This document shows, in pieces, positions 8,614-14,571 of a stretch of 14,571 bases of DNA. How positions within the stretch are numbered: position 1 is the first letter of the stretch; every line of letters starts with the position of its first letter. The DNA comes from Octopus sinensis (taxonomy: Eukaryota): positions 1 through 14,571 of the forward strand of contig NW_021825817.1 in the NCBI RefSeq assembly GCF_006345805.1. Reading direction: 5' to 3'. A model generated the notes under the pieces. It saw nothing but the letters and a program-made list of their open reading frames with translations. It did no database searches and was not told the origin of the DNA. The translations under genes and the position numbers were made by a program.

Positions 8614-9257
8614 GCAGATGTAAATCGTAAATTCTTCGTTGGTTCAAAACTTTTTCGGAATTTTTAGAAAACTCTTGCGAATTTGTAATTCATTGGATTG
8701 TGCAAAAACCAAAACCAAATTTTTAAAATTGCTGCGTGATTTAAGAGCTATTTAGCTATTATTTTTAGCACATCCCATGACTACCTTATAATCTCCTTGT
8801 TTGTTTGTCAGACTGACGTGTTAACGTTTATTTGGCCAGCTAAAGGTTTATATCTCCAGTTTATCAGTATAAAAACGTAATAAAATTTTCATTATTTAAT
8901 CTTTACTTTTCAAGTATATTCTATATCTCATATTATTTCTTTTTTATTTCAGAGTATCAGAGAGGATATTTAGCATAAAAGAAGATTTTGCATCGAACAC
9001 ATCATGAATATATATGATATATTCTTTATGATGAAACTAAGATGCTACACAGAAGAAATATAACCCTGTTTATATAAATCGATTATAGAATTGTAAAAGA
9101 TTTTCTTTGGGTGTGTGATTATTAGCAGCATTTCTGTACTTCACTGCCTGGAATGGGTGCAAGAAAACCAATCATGTATTCTAATTAAACCTGGATTGCA
9201 AAGGAATTGGCAGCCCCCTCAGATGTTGACAATGATTACACTTGATGGAAATATATA

Positions 9258-9413
9258 TTTCTTTATTGCCCACTAGGGGGCTAAACATAGAGGGCACAAA
9301 CAAGGACAGACAAAGGTATTAAGTCGATTATATCTACCCCAGTGTGAAACTGGGGTAGACAAAGTTGACCTCGGCGGAATTTGAACTCAGAACGTAACGA
9401 CAGACGAAATACC
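9258..9413 (-). mobile_element. Meta-like SINE, 5'-truncated, internally rearranged copy
   Basis: Reverse complement of 7507-7718-type sequence; the central segment is replaced by ggtaga. Confidence 0.85.
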
Positions 9414-9615
9414 TATTTCTATTTCTTTACTACCCACAAGGGACTAAACATAGAGGGGACAAATAAGGACAGACAAAGGGATTAAGTCGATTATATCTAC
9501 CCTAGTGTGAAACTGGTACTTTATTTATTGACCCAGAGAGGATGAAAGGCAAAGTCGACCTCGGTGGAATTTGAACTCAGAACAAAAAGACAGACGAAAT
9601 ACCGCTAAGCATTTC
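9414..9615 (-). mobile_element. Meta-like SINE, 5'-truncated, tandem with the previous copy
   Basis: ggatgaaaggcaaagtcgacctcggtggaatttgaactcagaac...gacgaaataccgctaagcatttc; ends 78 bp upstream of the ZNF ATG. Confidence 0.88.
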
Positions 9616-9693
9616 AAGCAACAGAAATAACTGGGGAATAGAATATAAAAAAAAAGAAAGACATTTGGACTTTGTGGTGAGAGGAGAAAAATA

Positions 9694-12405
<2,712 letters not shown>

Positions 12406-12623
12406 CTCTCTCTCTCTCTCTCTTTTACTTGTTTCAGTCATTTGACTGCGGCCATGCTGGAGCACCACCTTTAGTCGAGCAAATGGACCCCAGGACTTAT
12501 TCTTTGTAAGCCCAGTACTTATTCTATCGGTCTCTTTTGCTGAACCACTAAGTGACGGGGACGTAAACACACCAGCATCGATTGACAAGCAATGCTAGGG
12601 GGACAAACACATGCACATATATA

Positions 12624-13858
12624 CATCATCATCATCATCATCATCGTTTAACGTCCGCTTTCCATGCTAGCATGGGTTGGACGGTTCAACTGGGGTCTGG
12701 GGAGCCCGGATGCTGCACCAGGCCAGCCAGATCTGGCAGTGTTTCTACAGCTGGATGCCCTTCCTAACGCCAACCACTCCGAGAGTGTAGTGGGTGATTT
12801 TATGTGCCACCGACACAGGTGCCAGACTAGGTTGGTGAACGGCCACGCTCGGATGGTGTTTTTTATGTGCCACCGACACAGGTGCCAGACAAGGCTGGCA
12901 GACGGCCACGCTCGGATGGTGTTTGTTACGTGCCCACAGCATGGAGGCCAGTCGATGCGGTACTGGCTACGGCCACGTTCGGATGGTTTTCTTGTGTGCA
13001 CCGGCACTGGTACCACAAAGATACAAATTCCATTGATGTTCATCTATTTTGATTTGGTTTGATTTTGATCTTCACTTGCCTCAACAGGTCTTCACAAGTG
13101 TCACACACTTGCCTCTGCCTCAACAGGTCTACACAAGTGTCACACACTTGCCTCAACAGGTCTTCACAAGTGTCACACACTTGCCTCTGCCTCAACAGGT
13201 CTACACAAGTGTCACACACTTGCCTCAACAGGTCTTCACAAGTGTCATAAGGAGGAAGGTATGCACAGGTGGACTGACTACGTCCCAGGTAGGGGCCACG
13301 GGCTATGGCCTGACTAGTCTTGCCGGGTCTTTGGATGGTGTTTTTATGTGTCACCAACACAGGTGCCAGATGAGGCTGGCGAACGGCCACGATCGGATGG
13401 TGTTTGTTACGTGCCCATAGCACGGAGGCCAGTCGATGTGGTACTGGCTACCGCCACGTTCGGATGGTTTTCTTGTGTGCCACCGGCACTGGTACCACAA
13501 AGATACAAATTCCATTGATGTTCATCTATTTTGATTTGTTTTGATTTGATTTGATTAGATTAGATTATCACTTGCCTCAACAGGTCTTCACAAGTGTCAT
13601 AAGAAGGAAGGTATGCACAGGTGGACTGACTACGTCCCAGGTAGGGGCCACAGGCTATGGCCTGACTAGTCTTGCCGGGTCTTCGGACAGGTGCCAGATG
13701 AGGCTGGCGAACGGCCACGATCGGATTGTGTTTGTTATGTGCCCACAGCACGGAGTTCAGTCGATGCGGTACTGGCTACGGCCACGTTCGGATGGTTTTC
13801 TTGTGTGCCACCGGCACTGGTACCACAGAGATACAAATTCCATTGATGTTCATCTATT
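12624..13858 (-). mobile_element. Nested RTE-tail-like element followed by a tandem X-Y-X-Y-X module concatemer
   Basis: (cat)n tail at 12624; ~172-bp module X at ~12878-13049, ~13359-13531 and ~13687-13858; module Y at ~13050-13336 and ~13532-13686, each with a (TGATT)n-like tract. Confidence 0.85.
13073..13247. repeat. Minisatellite of alternating 33/39-bp units (5 units, 72-bp higher-order period)
   Basis: cacacttgcctcaacaggtcttcacaagtgtca alternates with cacacttgcctctgcctcaacaggtctacacaagtgtca; 31+39+33+39+33 = 175 bp. Confidence 0.95.
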
Positions 13859-14023
13859 TACGACAGGCTTCTTTCAGTTTCTGTCTACCAAATCCACTCA
13901 CAAGGCTTTGGTCGGCCTGGGGCTATAGCAGAAGACACTTGCACAAGATGCCTTGCAGTGTGACTGAACCCGGAACCATGTGGTTGGTTAGCAAGCTACT
14001 TACCACACAGCCACTCCTGCACC

Positions 14024-14106
14024 TCTATTAAATCATTCTCTCGAATAAATAGCTTAACTTGATGGAAGTGCTTCTTGCAATTGAGTTGTGGTAAATTATT
14101 CTCTTA
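14024..14106 (+). pseudogene. Distal zinc-finger remnants beyond the SINE insertion
   Basis: aaatcattctctcgaataaatagcttaact = KSFSRINSLT; tgtggtaaattattctct = CGKLFS. Confidence 0.7.
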
Positions 14107-14131
14107 CACAGTTTTATTAAATGCCAGTATA

Positions 14132-14373
14132 TTTATTATTTTTATTTATTTATGCGCCCTTTACAAATCTAGCCAGGCTCATGGGCCCGGTTTCTGTGGG
14201 ATATGTGTTACACCACCAGCTGGACAGGATGCCAGTCCATCGCAGCATTACTCAAGAAACAGGAAGAAAGAGTACAGTAAGGATCGCCACCACCCCATGC
14301 CGGAGCCTCGTGGAGCTTTAGGTGTTTTCGCTCAATAAACACACACAACGCCCGGTCTGGGAATCGAAACCGC
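14132..14373 (-). mobile_element. 5'-truncated tRNA-derived SINE (head shared with 8228-8400) with (AATA)n tail
   Basis: Reverse complement gcggtttcgattcccagaccgggcgttgtgtgtgtttattgagcgaaaacacctaaagctccacgagg...ctttcttcctgtttcttg, then a different 3' half (ctgcgatggactggcatcctgtccag). Confidence 0.8.
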
Positions 14374-14571
14374 ATTAAATAAATGTTAGATTAGTGAGTT
14401 ATAGTAAAAATAGTATCATATGAATGAGAGAACAACGTGATCACATTTATAACTTTGTTAAAGAAATTGATTGAACTGATATAGATAAATTACAAAATAA
14501 TTAAATCGATACATTATAAAATAATTATAGTGAGAAATATAACTCACTATCTACCATTTATTTACCAACTA

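Larger units (their letters stand above)
12406..14023 (-). mobile_element. Full-length CORE-like SINE split by a nested 1.2-kb insert, 7-bp TSD TCTATTA
   Basis: Head at 14023 (ggtgcaggagtggctgtgtggtaag on minus), 3' half with (GA)n tail at 12406-12623; TCTATTA at 12399-12405 and 14024-14030. Confidence 0.88.

Noticed and set aside
8650-8880. Probable additional interspersed repeat fragment
   Set aside because: No second copy, termini or diagnostic motif within the window to support a call.
13073-13247. CRISPR-like regular repeats
   Set aside because: No unique spacers, eukaryotic context and no cas genes; it is a minisatellite.
12648-14031. Multiple 60-130 aa ORFs on both strands, including repetitive HLPQQVFTSVT peptides (also 1702-2025, 2219-2563, 4450-4722)
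   Set aside because: All lie within repeated SINE/RTE-tail modules; the open frames reflect GC content and unit lengths divisible by 3.

Overview
Eukaryotic, AT-rich, repeat-dense, intergenic/intronic-type DNA. It is most likely from Octopus or another coleoid cephalopod; this is inferred from the repeat families and zinc-finger style, not from a search. The one credible protein-coding gene is a single-exon ORF for a 734-aa protein with 25 tandem C2H2 fingers (9694-11898, +). Its array continues past the stop as 6-7 decayed fingers. A frameshifted paralogous ZNF fragment lies head-to-head on the minus strand (3967-4546). The rest is a layered set of mobile elements: CORE-like and other tRNA-derived SINEs, RTE-tail-like short elements ending in (TGA)n, a piggyBac-type MITE with TTAA TSD, a Tc1/mariner transposase fossil, hairpin-bearing tandem repeats and (TA)n microsatellites. 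The most unusual items are a type I hammerhead-ribozyme-like fold (7117-7179), a perfect 122-bp inverted repeat, an ~88-nt near-perfect hairpin, and a 1.6-kb nested SINE/concatemer whose 7-bp TSD splits a zinc finger in frame. All other short ORFs in the track appear to be by-products of repeats. Family assignments come from motif recognition and need Dfam/RepeatMasker confirmation.
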